Source of the DNA: Candidatus Latescibacterota bacterium
GTDB lineage: Bacteria; Latescibacterota; UBA2968; UBA8231
DNA length: 64,000 bases
NCBI GenBank assembly: GCA_965204725.1
Contig: OZ242005.1
Coordinates: forward strand, 4,000,001-4,064,000
Reading direction: 5' to 3'
Below the pieces are notes generated by a model. That model worked only from the letters and a program-made list of their open reading frames with translations. It did not search any database and had not been told where the DNA came from. Within the stretch, counting starts at the first letter, position 1, and every line of letters starts with the position of its first letter. This document shows positions 45,326-54,476 of the stretch, piece by piece. Made by a program: the position numbers and the translations under genes.

Positions 45326-46963
45326 CTAAGGCTCGCGCACGGTTAGGACCTGATTGGCCGACACCTCGTGCAGCGTCTGGACCGTGCCGCTGGGCCAGTG
45401 GAGGACGACGCTATCGACGACCGCGGCGGCGCCCAAACCAAAGTGGACCTTGAGATCGCTGTGGGAGAGGAAGCTGGTGCCGCTACGCACCTCGGCGGTC
45501 TGGTGCTGGCCCGCAACGCTTATCTCGATCCGGGTGCCGATTCCATCGCGGTTGCTGCGGGTGCCTACGGTGGCGATTTGCAAGTAGTTGCCGTCGTTGC
45601 CGCCGTCGTTGCGGAGGAGATTGGGCGTGCTGTTGAGGTTTAAGACGAACAGGTCTATATCGCCGTCGCGGTCGTAGTCGGCAAAGCTGGCCCCGCGGCT
45701 CACCTTGACTAAGGCCAAGCCCGGTCCGCCGCGGGCAGAAACCTCGGCAAAGGTGCCGTCGCCCAAGTTTTGGTAGAGGAAGTTGGGCGCGGCGTACCTG
45801 CTGTTGGTATGGGGCAAGTCGGCTTGAGGATAGGTGTGGCCATTGGCCGCAAAGAGGTCTTGGTCGCCGTCGTTGTCAAAGTCGAAGAACCCTGTGCCCC
45901 ATCCCACCTCGGGAATGCCCCGCGCCGCAACGTGGGATACAAAGGATACGTCGAGAAAAAATGTGCCGCGCTGATTTTTGTAGAGGGTATTGTACTCGCC
46001 TTCAAAGTTGGTGACAAAGATATCGAAGTAGCCATCGTTGTCGTAATCGCCGACCGCAGCACCCATGCACCCCTGTTCGGTGCCGTCCCCGCTATAGGCC
46101 ACGCCCGCGCTGAGGCCCTCGTCCACAAAGGTTCCGTCGCCTTGATTCTGGTACAGATTGTTGGGGGCCGAGTCATTGGCGACGAAAACATCGGGCCAGC
46201 CATCGCGGTCGAAATCGCTAAAGACGACCCCGTACCCATAGTACTTCGCGCCGGCAATGCCGGCTTCCTCGCTGCGGTCAGCCAAGGTGCCGTTGCCGCG
46301 GTTGTGGTAGAATACATCGCCGGCGGGCCGCAAACCGCGCGGGCCGCAAAAAATATCGACCGTCTTCCATACGCAGGGAACGGTAGAAGAATAGTCCCGC
46401 GAAAAGTCGATATAATTGGCTACGTACAGATCGACATAACCGTCTAAATCGGCATCGCCGAAAGCGCAGCCCACGCCCCAGCGGTCGTCCCCGACGCCCG
46501 CTTTTTCTGTAACATCCTCAAAAGTGCCATCGCCCTGATTCTGGTAGAAGGTATTGCGGCCGAAGTTGGTCACGTACAGATCCAGATCGCCATCGTTGTC
46601 GTAGTCCGCAGCGGCACAACCCATGGACCAACTCGTGTCGCCGACCCCCGCGGCCGCAGTCACATCGACAAAGCGATCGCCGAGGTTGCGGTAGAGGTGG
46701 TTGGTTGGCTCTTGGCCCGGTGGAAATCCCTCAAAGCGGGAGCCGTTGGCGACGTATAGATCGACATCGCCATCGCTGTCGTAGTCGAAAAAGGCCGTGC
46801 CTCCCACAGCAGTTTCAACGATGTATTCTTGGGTGCTACCCGAGACGTTCCGGGCCGTGATGCCGAGTGCGGCGGCTTGGTCGGTGAACTGAGCCGGCAG
46901 GGGTTGGGCTGCTAGGAGGGCCGGACCGAGGAGGATGAAGGCCCCGCTTACTAGCGCGTACAT
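45326..46963 (-). CDS. CRTAC1-family FG-GAP repeat protein with ASPIC/UnbV domain
   Basis: DYD.DGD.DL blades and SNRDGIG...GTSFLSHS...HFGLG...WPSG. Confidence 0.9.
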   Translation of the reverse strand: MYALVSGAFILLGPALLAAQPLPAQFTDQAAALGITARNVSGSTQEYIVETAVGGTAFFDYDSDGDVDLYVANGSRFEGFPPGQEPTNHLYRNLGDRFVDVTAAAGVGDTSWSMGCAAADYDNDGDLDLYVTNFGRNTFYQNQGDGTFEDVTEKAGVGDDRWGVGCAFGDADLDGYVDLYVANYIDFSRDYSSTVPCVWKTVDIFCGPRGLRPAGDVFYHNRGNGTLADRSEEAGIAGAKYYGYGVVFSDFDRDGWPDVFVANDSAPNNLYQNQGDGTFVDEGLSAGVAYSGDGTEQGCMGAAVGDYDNDGYFDIFVTNFEGEYNTLYKNQRGTFFLDVSFVSHVAARGIPEVGWGTGFFDFDNDGDQDLFAANGHTYPQADLPHTNSRYAAPNFLYQNLGDGTFAEVSARGGPGLALVKVSRGASFADYDRDGDIDLFVLNLNSTPNLLRNDGGNDGNYLQIATVGTRSNRDGIGTRIEISVAGQHQTAEVRSGTSFLSHSDLKVHFGLGAAAVVDSVVLHWPSGTVQTLHEVSANQVLTVREP

Positions 46964-47003
46964 CGCTTTTGCTGCGACACCAAAGACGAGGGCAGGGAGA
47001 CCG

Positions 47004-48695
47004 TCATAACCTAGAGAGCGGAAGTTTTTCTGAAAAAAACTGTAGATCGAAAAAGTTCAAGGACCCATCGTCCACCTCAACGGTGGGTTGCCGAGCACCC
47101 CCGCGATTCTGGGTGACAAAAAGATAGGACTTGTACCCCTCGTCTGAAAGGCGTTGCAACAGGCTCTCGTAGTGTCTGGGGGTGGCGACGTAAAAGAAGG
47201 GCCTTTGGTAAAATTCGCCGCACAGGGCGTGGGGAACCCAGCGCAGGTTGGTGATGACGACCTCTTCGCTGCGCTGGCTCATCTCGCTATGGAGACGCTG
47301 GGAAAAGGCCTTCTTTTTGGCAAGAAGCGAAACTCCATACACTTGGGCGGCCAAGCTAAACGCCAGCACAGCACCCACCGCGAGGACGCCGGCACTAAAG
47401 TAGGGCCGCTGGCGTTTTAGCCACTCCAGCAAGTTTCCGGCGGCTAAGACCGCCCAGAGCGGATAGAGAATCAGAAAGTAGCGGTTGCCCCAGTGGATAC
47501 CGAGGGAACCCACTTTGGGTGCGGCCAAGGCGTAGAGGGCGGCAAAGCTCAAGGCGACTAGCCAAATCCAACGTCTAAGAGGATGGAGGTCGGAATCAGC
47601 GGAACGCAAGAAGGCCAAGGCGACAAAGGGGGCCGAGGCAAAGAGGGCATTGGACGATTTGAGCATGTAGTCAATGGGGCTGGCGGCGAAGAAATAGCCC
47701 CCGAGGGATAAACCGGCACTGATCAGGGCCACCGCACTGTACGCGGGCACGGCCTTTTGCAAAGCCAAGCGCGGGCTGAGTACAAAGGCGAGGATGAACG
47801 GCAGCGCGAGGACGAGGGACAGTGCGGGAATCGGGTTGGACGCTGCGAAGAGGTTGTAAAACACCCGGGGCCGCGCCGCGAGATGATCGACCCAATCGGC
47901 CACAGTGGCTAGGTGCGTACTCAAATGGTAGCCCAAGGGATGGCCGATGGTCAGCCACTGGAACAGCCAGAGGGGCAGCAGGGAAGCGAAGAGGATCAGG
48001 GCCGACGAGACGAGGATTTTTAGTCTGTCGGCGCGGGCATAAAAGGCGATGGCTAGGGCCAGCACGAGGCAAAGCAAATAGAACTCGTCTCTGAAATAGA
48101 CCGATAGTCCGGCCGCGGCCATGCCCAAGCCTAGGTGCTTGGGGGCGGAGTCGGCGAGAAACTGCACCAGATAGCGCACACTCCAAATCCCCAAGCAAAT
48201 CGCCGGGGTGTGCTCCCAGAAGACGAGGCTGTAGAAGAATACCGGCGTGCAAAGCCCGGCCGTGAGAACCGCGACGTGCCCGACCGCAATTCGATGGCCT
48301 ACCAAACGCGCCAGTTGGGCCAAGCCGGCCAGCATGGCCAGCGCGGAGAGCACCGGCACCAGATAAAGCCCCCAGTGACCTAAATGGACGAAGAAAAGGG
48401 CCGAGATAAAAGCAAAGACCGGCGAGAAAACCGAATAGAGTGTGCCGGACTCAACCCGCGTGAAATAGTAAGGCAGAGGATTGTAAGCGAAGTCTGGATC
48501 GACAATCTGCCCCGGCCAAGGGATGGAAAAGTCTGTGTAGCCGCTGTTCGCTAAGGCTTGGACTTGAAGGAATTTGTTGGCGTTATCCGTAATCCAAAAG
48601 CCGCGTTTTTCGAGGACGCAGAGGGCGGCTCCATAGCAGACTGAAACGGCGAGTAGGGAGCACAGAACCGATCGGCCGGGATGGAATCGGCGCAA
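47004..48695 (-). CDS. Polytopic membrane protein, probable GT-C fold glycosyltransferase
   Basis: An acidic residue in the first external loop (ITDNANK), FYS..FWEH and WG.RY motifs, and a dozen or more TM segments. Confidence 0.6.
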   Translation of the reverse strand: MRRFHPGRSVLCSLLAVSVCYGAALCVLEKRGFWITDNANKFLQVQALANSGYTDFSIPWPGQIVDPDFAYNPLPYYFTRVESGTLYSVFSPVFAFISALFFVHLGHWGLYLVPVLSALAMLAGLAQLARLVGHRIAVGHVAVLTAGLCTPVFFYSLVFWEHTPAICLGIWSVRYLVQFLADSAPKHLGLGMAAAGLSVYFRDEFYLLCLVLALAIAFYARADRLKILVSSALILFASLLPLWLFQWLTIGHPLGYHLSTHLATVADWVDHLAARPRVFYNLFAASNPIPALSLVLALPFILAFVLSPRLALQKAVPAYSAVALISAGLSLGGYFFAASPIDYMLKSSNALFASAPFVALAFLRSADSDLHPLRRWIWLVALSFAALYALAAPKVGSLGIHWGNRYFLILYPLWAVLAAGNLLEWLKRQRPYFSAGVLAVGAVLAFSLAAQVYGVSLLAKKKAFSQRLHSEMSQRSEEVVITNLRWVPHALCGEFYQRPFFYVATPRHYESLLQRLSDEGYKSYLFVTQNRGGARQPTVEVDDGSLNFFDLQFFSEKLPLSRL

Positions 48696-48728
48696 GAGGA
48701 CGACCTTATGTGGAAGGAAGAAGGGCGT

Positions 48729-49745
48729 TTACGGCGCACGGGCCGACAAATTGTCAAAGACGATGAACTGATGCTCGGCCAACCCGAGTTGCTCGGCTAG
48801 CGCATAACCCGCGCTCATGGGCAGCGAGGGGTTCCGTTCCACAATCATCAAGTCTCGCTCACCGGGGCCGATCTGGCCCAACTTGGCCAGCCCGTCCAAG
48901 CTGTTCAGGAGCGCGTTGCCGCCAATATAGAGGCTTTTGCCCACTTGCCTGAGATGGTCCAGTCCATCGAGATTTTGCAGTGCTCGATTGTTGTTTATGC
49001 TCAAAGCACCCCCGACCTCCACCAGTGCATTCAGCCCGGCCAAGCTCTTGAGGGCGGGATGCCCATCCACGGTCAATCCCCCCTTAATCGTCGCAATCCC
49101 ATTCAAACCCCGCAGGTCTTTGAGCGCGCCGTTGAATATGAGCAGCAAATCCCCCTCTACCACGGAGAGGCCGCCCAACCCCTTTAGATCCCGCAGGGCC
49201 TTGTTGTCCCTGATTTTGATGCTGCCCCCCACGTGGGTCAGCCCGCTCAGGCCCTCTAGGTGAATCAGTACGGTCGTGGCATCGACAAAGAGATGACCGC
49301 CGACGCGCCGGAGTGCTTTAAGCCCATCTAGATCCCGCAGCGAAAAATTGCAACTAATCTCAAAATCGCCCCCCACGCGCTCCAGCCGCTCTAGCCCCTC
49401 TAGGGCCATCAAGCCATTGTCGAGAATGTGGAAGTTCCCTTGTACATAGCCGAGGTTGTGCAGCCCCTTTAGGTCGGTCAGTGCCCCATTGCTCCGAATG
49501 GCGAAATCGCCCTCTATTCCGACCAGATTGCGCAGCGGCTCCACGCTACTCAAGTACGCATCCTCTAACAACAAATCCCCCCGCACCACAAAGGCTTCCC
49601 TCTGAGTCGCCGCCCAAGCAACCAACTCCTCCTGAGACCCAATGGCTATCGCCTCAGTCCCCCCAACTGCAAGCGGCTCTTTACCGCCCTCCTGACAGCC
49701 GATCCAAAGGGCGACTCCCAAAAAACCCAATCTCCAACTAGCCAT
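48729..49745 (-). CDS. Receptor-L-domain / leucine-rich repeat lipoprotein
   Basis: Lipobox-like LWIGC and ~25-aa repeats L..L.GL..L..VGG.L.I..N.. Confidence 0.8.
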   Translation of the reverse strand: MASWRLGFLGVALWIGCQEGGKEPLAVGGTEAIAIGSQEELVAWAATQREAFVVRGDLLLEDAYLSSVEPLRNLVGIEGDFAIRSNGALTDLKGLHNLGYVQGNFHILDNGLMALEGLERLERVGGDFEISCNFSLRDLDGLKALRRVGGHLFVDATTVLIHLEGLSGLTHVGGSIKIRDNKALRDLKGLGGLSVVEGDLLLIFNGALKDLRGLNGIATIKGGLTVDGHPALKSLAGLNALVEVGGALSINNNRALQNLDGLDHLRQVGKSLYIGGNALLNSLDGLAKLGQIGPGERDLMIVERNPSLPMSAGYALAEQLGLAEHQFIVFDNLSARAP

Positions 49746-51422
49746 TCACCCCCCCGTCCCGTCTTCGGCCTCTTCCTGAATTTTCAACAAGTTATCCTCG
49801 AAAACCTCGACCGAGTACTGCTCGTGCAACCCGCGCATATACTGCACGTACGCCTTCTGAGAACGGGCGATTTTCACATAAGCCCGCGCACGGCGCTGCG
49901 AAAAAACGTGATAAGGCTTCTTGGGCGCCGGTTGCTTCTCCTCCACCTTAAACACCGAATAGCCCCCCCGCACCTTTACCGGCCCTCCTACATCCCCCAC
50001 TTGGAGGTTTTTGCCTACTTGGTAGAGGTCTTGGTATAGCCCGACCGGACTCAAAACCAACCGCCCCTCGTGGTGCGCTCGCTCCTTGCGAATCGTATAG
50101 TCCCTCGCCAGTTGCACCGCATCGGCCCCCTCCAACAACTCCTCTTTCAGACTGTGGGCCTGCTCCTTAAAGGCGACCAGAATCTCGGTGGTGACAATGT
50201 TTTCAAACCCCTGAAACTTCTCGGGATTTTGATCGTAAAAGGCGCGCGCCTCTGCATCGGTAATCGGCGGCAGCCGCTCCTCAACCGCTCGCTTTCGTAA
50301 CGCGCTGATCAGCATATCGCTGCGCTTGTTGGCCACCGCCGCGAGGATTATTTGATGCTTGTCCAGTCCCTTGCCGCGGGCCTCTGCAAAAAACATCCGA
50401 TTGGGGATGGCCACATCCCGCAGATAATCGACGATCCAGTCTCGCTCGTAATCGCGCGAGTATCCTTCTTCTTTCTCCGGGACGAGCAGGACGAAATCGT
50501 CAATGGTCAGCACACCGCCGTTGTAGCGGCACAATACCGCCTCGCCTTCCTCGGGTGCTGCCACCCGCTCTGCGGGCGACCTCGTGAGACGCATCATCAG
50601 AAGGTCTATGGCGTCGTCGTGAATTTGCGGCGCGTACAGGCCGCTGAGCGAATCGCGCAGAACTTGGGCGCGCTGGAGGCGCTTTTGGGCGAACACCTCC
50701 TCGCGGACAAACGAAGCGACCTCTTGAAAGGTGACCGGGGCATCGTCTAAAACCTTGGCGATCACATAGCGCTGCGGGTCGCCGCCCCACGGCAGCGGCG
50801 CGGAAACCTCGCCGACCTGCATGGAGAAGATGCTGCGGAGCGGTGGCGCCGTATCGTCAATCGCATAATACTTTCCCACGTCCCCGCCTTGGTCCCGCGT
50901 CGCCTCGTAGAGCGAGTGCTCTCTGGCCAGTTGGCGGAAATCAGCACCCGCCGCTAGCTCGTCGAGCAGCGCAAGGGCCTCGTCTCGGGTGGCGACCAAA
51001 ATGCCGGCGTAGCGCAGCGCTCTATCCCGGTGCGAATCCCGGTAGTGCTGCATCAACTCCTCTTCGGCAATGGAAATCCGTTGGTCAATCTCCATGCTTC
51101 TGTAGAGCCTGACGGTCTGGTCTCGGGCAAATTGCTCGACCTTGCGCTTAAACTCCAGTTCGTCCCCAATGCCAACTCGTTCCGCTTCGGCGAGCAGTAG
51201 TTTTTTGTCGATCAGTCCATTGAGTAGAAGCCGGTCGGCCTCAATGCCGGTCTTGCCCAGATGGTAGGCTTGGGGAATAGTCGCGGCATAAGCTCTGAAC
51301 TCGCGGACGGCGATGGGTTGGTTTGCTATCTGGGCGAGCACCAGATCGTCTTGGGCTGCACAGGGCAGCGAGAGCACTAGGAGGCAAACGCCTAAGCGCA
51401 CTATTCCATATCTTCGCTTCAT
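49746..51422 (-). CDS. Periplasmic parvulin-type peptidyl-prolyl isomerase/chaperone with two PPIase modules (SurA/PrsA-like)
   Basis: Signal peptide, LIDKKLL..EA...G, GADF..LAR.HS......GGD.G and a second module GAD...LAR.Y....G.V.GPV...GY.VFKV. Confidence 0.85.
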   Translation of the reverse strand: MKRRYGIVRLGVCLLVLSLPCAAQDDLVLAQIANQPIAVREFRAYAATIPQAYHLGKTGIEADRLLLNGLIDKKLLLAEAERVGIGDELEFKRKVEQFARDQTVRLYRSMEIDQRISIAEEELMQHYRDSHRDRALRYAGILVATRDEALALLDELAAGADFRQLAREHSLYEATRDQGGDVGKYYAIDDTAPPLRSIFSMQVGEVSAPLPWGGDPQRYVIAKVLDDAPVTFQEVASFVREEVFAQKRLQRAQVLRDSLSGLYAPQIHDDAIDLLMMRLTRSPAERVAAPEEGEAVLCRYNGGVLTIDDFVLLVPEKEEGYSRDYERDWIVDYLRDVAIPNRMFFAEARGKGLDKHQIILAAVANKRSDMLISALRKRAVEERLPPITDAEARAFYDQNPEKFQGFENIVTTEILVAFKEQAHSLKEELLEGADAVQLARDYTIRKERAHHEGRLVLSPVGLYQDLYQVGKNLQVGDVGGPVKVRGGYSVFKVEEKQPAPKKPYHVFSQRRARAYVKIARSQKAYVQYMRGLHEQYSVEVFEDNLLKIQEEAEDGTGG

Positions 51423-51447
51423 AAATCTAAAACCATAGCTCGTAGGG

Positions 51448-53373
51448 TTAATAAATCAGCCGGACGATCGCGACTTCGACGTCCTTGGCCTTGTCTGAAT
51501 CTACTTCGAGACGCAAGAGATAAAGCCCAGGGGCGAGCAGGTTGCCCGCATCGTCCACGCCCTCCCAAGTAGCCGAGAATCGGCCACTCGCCGCGGTGCT
51601 CTGGGCCACTTCGCACCGCCTCAGCCCCGCTAGATCGTATAGACTTATCGTCACGGGCACCGCCCCGCTGAGATTTACCAGATCGTATTCGATCTGTAGC
51701 ACATCGTTGACGCCATCCCCGTTGGGGGTAAAAAGCGGCGGCGAAAGCCACAAGGCCTGGACCGCCGGATTGGCCACCGTACCCAACCCCACGCTCAAGG
51801 TATTGCTCGCGGCCAGATCATCGGCGTTCCCCTCAGTGATGCGTTGGCGCACCTCATGGGGACGGCGGCTGTCGAAGACCCGGCCCGAAAACACCGTGCC
51901 CACCTGAAAGACTTCGGCCTGAAATTCGACCTCGACCAACTCGCCGGTGCGATTGACATCGATTCGCGGCACTTGGACCACAAAGCGCTCGGCGTCCTTT
52001 TCTGCGATGGTAAAACCCTGTTCCTCGCCGCCGATGTACACGGCGTCAATGCTCGTAACCTCTATCGGGGTGTCGATCTCAATGCTGTCGAAGCCGAGAT
52101 CGTTTTGCTCTAAGTTGGGTAGGATTTTGTAGGTGAATTGGACGACCTCGCCCACTTCAACTTGGTGCGGCACAATCTCGGCCAGCACTTGGCTGGCGAC
52201 CGGGGGCTGGGAGACGCTGAACTGCAAGTACTCCATGCGGCCGGCCGCAAAGGCCCGCTCCGAGAAAAAGTCCGCCTTGAACTGCAAGTAGCGCCGAGGC
52301 CGCGAACCGACTAATTCGGAATGCCCCCGATCGAAGTCGAGCGGCGGCGTCCAGAATTCCCAGCTTTCGTTGTCCGGGCTGATCCCGGCTTTCTCGCCTT
52401 CCTCCAGCCTTTTATAGCGGTCTAAGGAGAGCGGCTCGCCGCTAACTGCAAAGCGGGAACGCTCATCGCCTCTGAACGTGAAGCGCCAGTAGAAATTGGG
52501 GTCTGGGTCGTCGCCGCTGCGCATACTCAGATCGACCGTTGCTCCCCGGTCGCGGCTGCCGGCCCAAGTCAACTCGCCTAAGCTAGAAGCCATACCCAAG
52601 TCAATGACATTGGATACATAGCTGGCCTGCGAGGCAAAGCCATCGCCGAAGATCTCAAATTCGGCGATCTCCCAGTTGCCAACGGGGGCCTTAAAAAGAA
52701 TTTCGGCAATGGGCTGGTCGGGCAGTTCCAAGTCGAGGAAGGGTTCCAAATTGTTTGCGACCTTGAACGCTATATCGTAATCGAGAAAGGCTCCGCGCCA
52801 ATGGTATTGTCCGGCTCGGGTGCCCTTTTTGCGCGCATCGCCATCGTTAGTGCCTATCTCGAACACCTCGATAAACCGCTGGTGGGCAAAGCGCTCGGTG
52901 GTAGAAATTTTGATGCGCCTGATGGGAAACAGTCCGTTCAACTCAAACCAGATGCCCTTCTTGCACGGCGGGCAATCGGCGGCCTGACTGCGGCCGCTGC
53001 CCAAATAAGCCGTGGTCAAATCGCCGTCCATCAAGTTGTCCAAGAGGGCTTCCGATTGCCAACCATAGGAATTGTTCGAGCGTATGCCGCCGCCCCGCTC
53101 CCGAATCAGCGGCGTCAGATTGACGGTCGGATCGAGGCGCTGCGGCTCAATAGAATGCGTCGCGACCTCCAAGAGGTCGATCCTACCGAGCCGCTTTTCA
53201 TCTACATCGGCCCAAGATAACTGGACAAATTCAAAGTCCCCTTCGACTTCCGGCCGCGGCAACTCCTCCCCGCCAATGCGATACACGGTGAGCGCCTCAA
53301 CCGCCGCTAGCCCCCAGCAAAAGCTCCCTACTAGAGCGGCCGCCAAAAGCCACAGCAAATTTTCTCTCATCAT
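51448..53373 (-). CDS. Secreted protein with discoidin-like domain and C-terminal T9SS-CTD/FlgD-Ig-like domain
   Basis: LTVYRIGG, WEIAEFEIFG.GF, GDDPDPNFYWRFTFRGDE and FTPNGDGVND...W.G.D..G..LAPG.Y. Ends in Tyr. Confidence 0.75.
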   Translation of the reverse strand: MMRENLLWLLAAALVGSFCWGLAAVEALTVYRIGGEELPRPEVEGDFEFVQLSWADVDEKRLGRIDLLEVATHSIEPQRLDPTVNLTPLIRERGGGIRSNNSYGWQSEALLDNLMDGDLTTAYLGSGRSQAADCPPCKKGIWFELNGLFPIRRIKISTTERFAHQRFIEVFEIGTNDGDARKKGTRAGQYHWRGAFLDYDIAFKVANNLEPFLDLELPDQPIAEILFKAPVGNWEIAEFEIFGDGFASQASYVSNVIDLGMASSLGELTWAGSRDRGATVDLSMRSGDDPDPNFYWRFTFRGDERSRFAVSGEPLSLDRYKRLEEGEKAGISPDNESWEFWTPPLDFDRGHSELVGSRPRRYLQFKADFFSERAFAAGRMEYLQFSVSQPPVASQVLAEIVPHQVEVGEVVQFTYKILPNLEQNDLGFDSIEIDTPIEVTSIDAVYIGGEEQGFTIAEKDAERFVVQVPRIDVNRTGELVEVEFQAEVFQVGTVFSGRVFDSRRPHEVRQRITEGNADDLAASNTLSVGLGTVANPAVQALWLSPPLFTPNGDGVNDVLQIEYDLVNLSGAVPVTISLYDLAGLRRCEVAQSTAASGRFSATWEGVDDAGNLLAPGLYLLRLEVDSDKAKDVEVAIVRLIY

Positions 53374-53390
53374 CTACTAATCCAACCCGT

Positions 53391-53429
53391 AAATAAAAGA
53401 AGGGGAGGAATGGAATTCCCCCCCTTCTT
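53391..53429 (-). terminator. Rho-independent terminator or attenuator after the TWGxIK-tailed gene
   Basis: Stem AAGAAGGGG / CCCCTTCTT followed on the minus strand by a T-rich tract. Confidence 0.65.
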
Positions 53430-53457
53430 CAAGGCACTTGTGCGGCGCGAGAACCGC

Positions 53458-54378
53458 TTATTTGCCGAATGAAGCCTTGATCTGGCCCCAAGTGTTGTCT
53501 TCGACGGATGTCGGCGCGACCCCTTCAAAGGCAGACTCGTCAACGGGCAAAAGCACCCAGTCGGCCAAGAAATCGGCGTCGCCGAAGGATTCGACATTGG
53601 GACTGATGGCCCAGCGCGAATGGCAGTTGCAGTCGTCGGACAACTCGGCATCGGTATCAAAGACATGCCCGGCTAGGCCGATGATCTCGTCCTGCTCGAA
53701 GTCGTGGGCGATGCTCCCTTGGGGGTCTTCCCAGTTGAAATCGTCCCAATAGACGCTCCACCATTCGGCCCGTTGGCGCATCTCCTCAAAGGAATTGGGC
53801 GCGGTGCCACTAAACCAATACGCATGATCGGAGTAGGGCGGCGTGTCGTACCAGTCGGCTTGGGTCATCCAAAACCAGTGCCATTGTCCCTCGCGGGCTT
53901 GGCCGTTGTCGAACCAATAGTGGCTGATTTGGGCATGGCGACCGCGCTGGCGCGCCTTCTCCTCGTCGGTCTGGCCTTCTAAATCCCAGAACGAGCCGCC
54001 CGAGTGATCCGCATCTACGGCCGTTTCGACCGATTCGTTGCCCAACTGGTACTTGTCGTCGAAGCGCTCGTAGGCCCAATAGATGCGGTTGGTTTCCTCG
54101 TTCCAAGTGGGAATCCAGCGGAAGGAAATCGAGGACACGTCTAGATCGCCGGTGTAGATCCAAGGCCGAGCCGTGCTCTGGACGACGCTCTGCTCGGTGA
54201 TCCAAAATTCCTCGGGAATGATGTCCCATTCGCTCAGATCGGCATCTAAGACCGGAAGGTGCGTCTCGGGCCACTGCCACACCGCGCCGATAAAATCGGG
54301 CGGGTCGTGGGCTTGGCCCCGGGTGCTCAGGCCGAGCAAAAGCACGGGGACCAATAAGGCGGATAAAACTTTATGCAA
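53458..54378 (-). CDS. Secreted acidic, Trp-rich protein (DOMON/CBM9-like) with C-terminal VExxTWGxIK motif
   Basis: TTG 54378 six nt after AGGAGG, signal peptide, P.LD.DLSEW start of a DOMON-like fold, C-terminus PTSVEDNTWGQIKASFGK. Confidence 0.7.
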   Translation of the reverse strand: MHKVLSALLVPVLLLGLSTRGQAHDPPDFIGAVWQWPETHLPVLDADLSEWDIIPEEFWITEQSVVQSTARPWIYTGDLDVSSISFRWIPTWNEETNRIYWAYERFDDKYQLGNESVETAVDADHSGGSFWDLEGQTDEEKARQRGRHAQISHYWFDNGQAREGQWHWFWMTQADWYDTPPYSDHAYWFSGTAPNSFEEMRQRAEWWSVYWDDFNWEDPQGSIAHDFEQDEIIGLAGHVFDTDAELSDDCNCHSRWAISPNVESFGDADFLADWVLLPVDESAFEGVAPTSVEDNTWGQIKASFGK

Positions 54379-54476
54379 AGCGAACCTCCTTTTTAGAGGT
54401 GTGAGGTTGGTTTTGAAAGCTAAGTGCGATGGCCTCTGCTGTACTAACAAAAATATAGTATGCGGTCAAGCAAAAA

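Noticed and set aside
28619-46963. UnbV-domain genes as an enediyne biosynthetic cluster
   Set aside because: No polyketide synthase, thioesterase or other enediyne cassette genes in the window.
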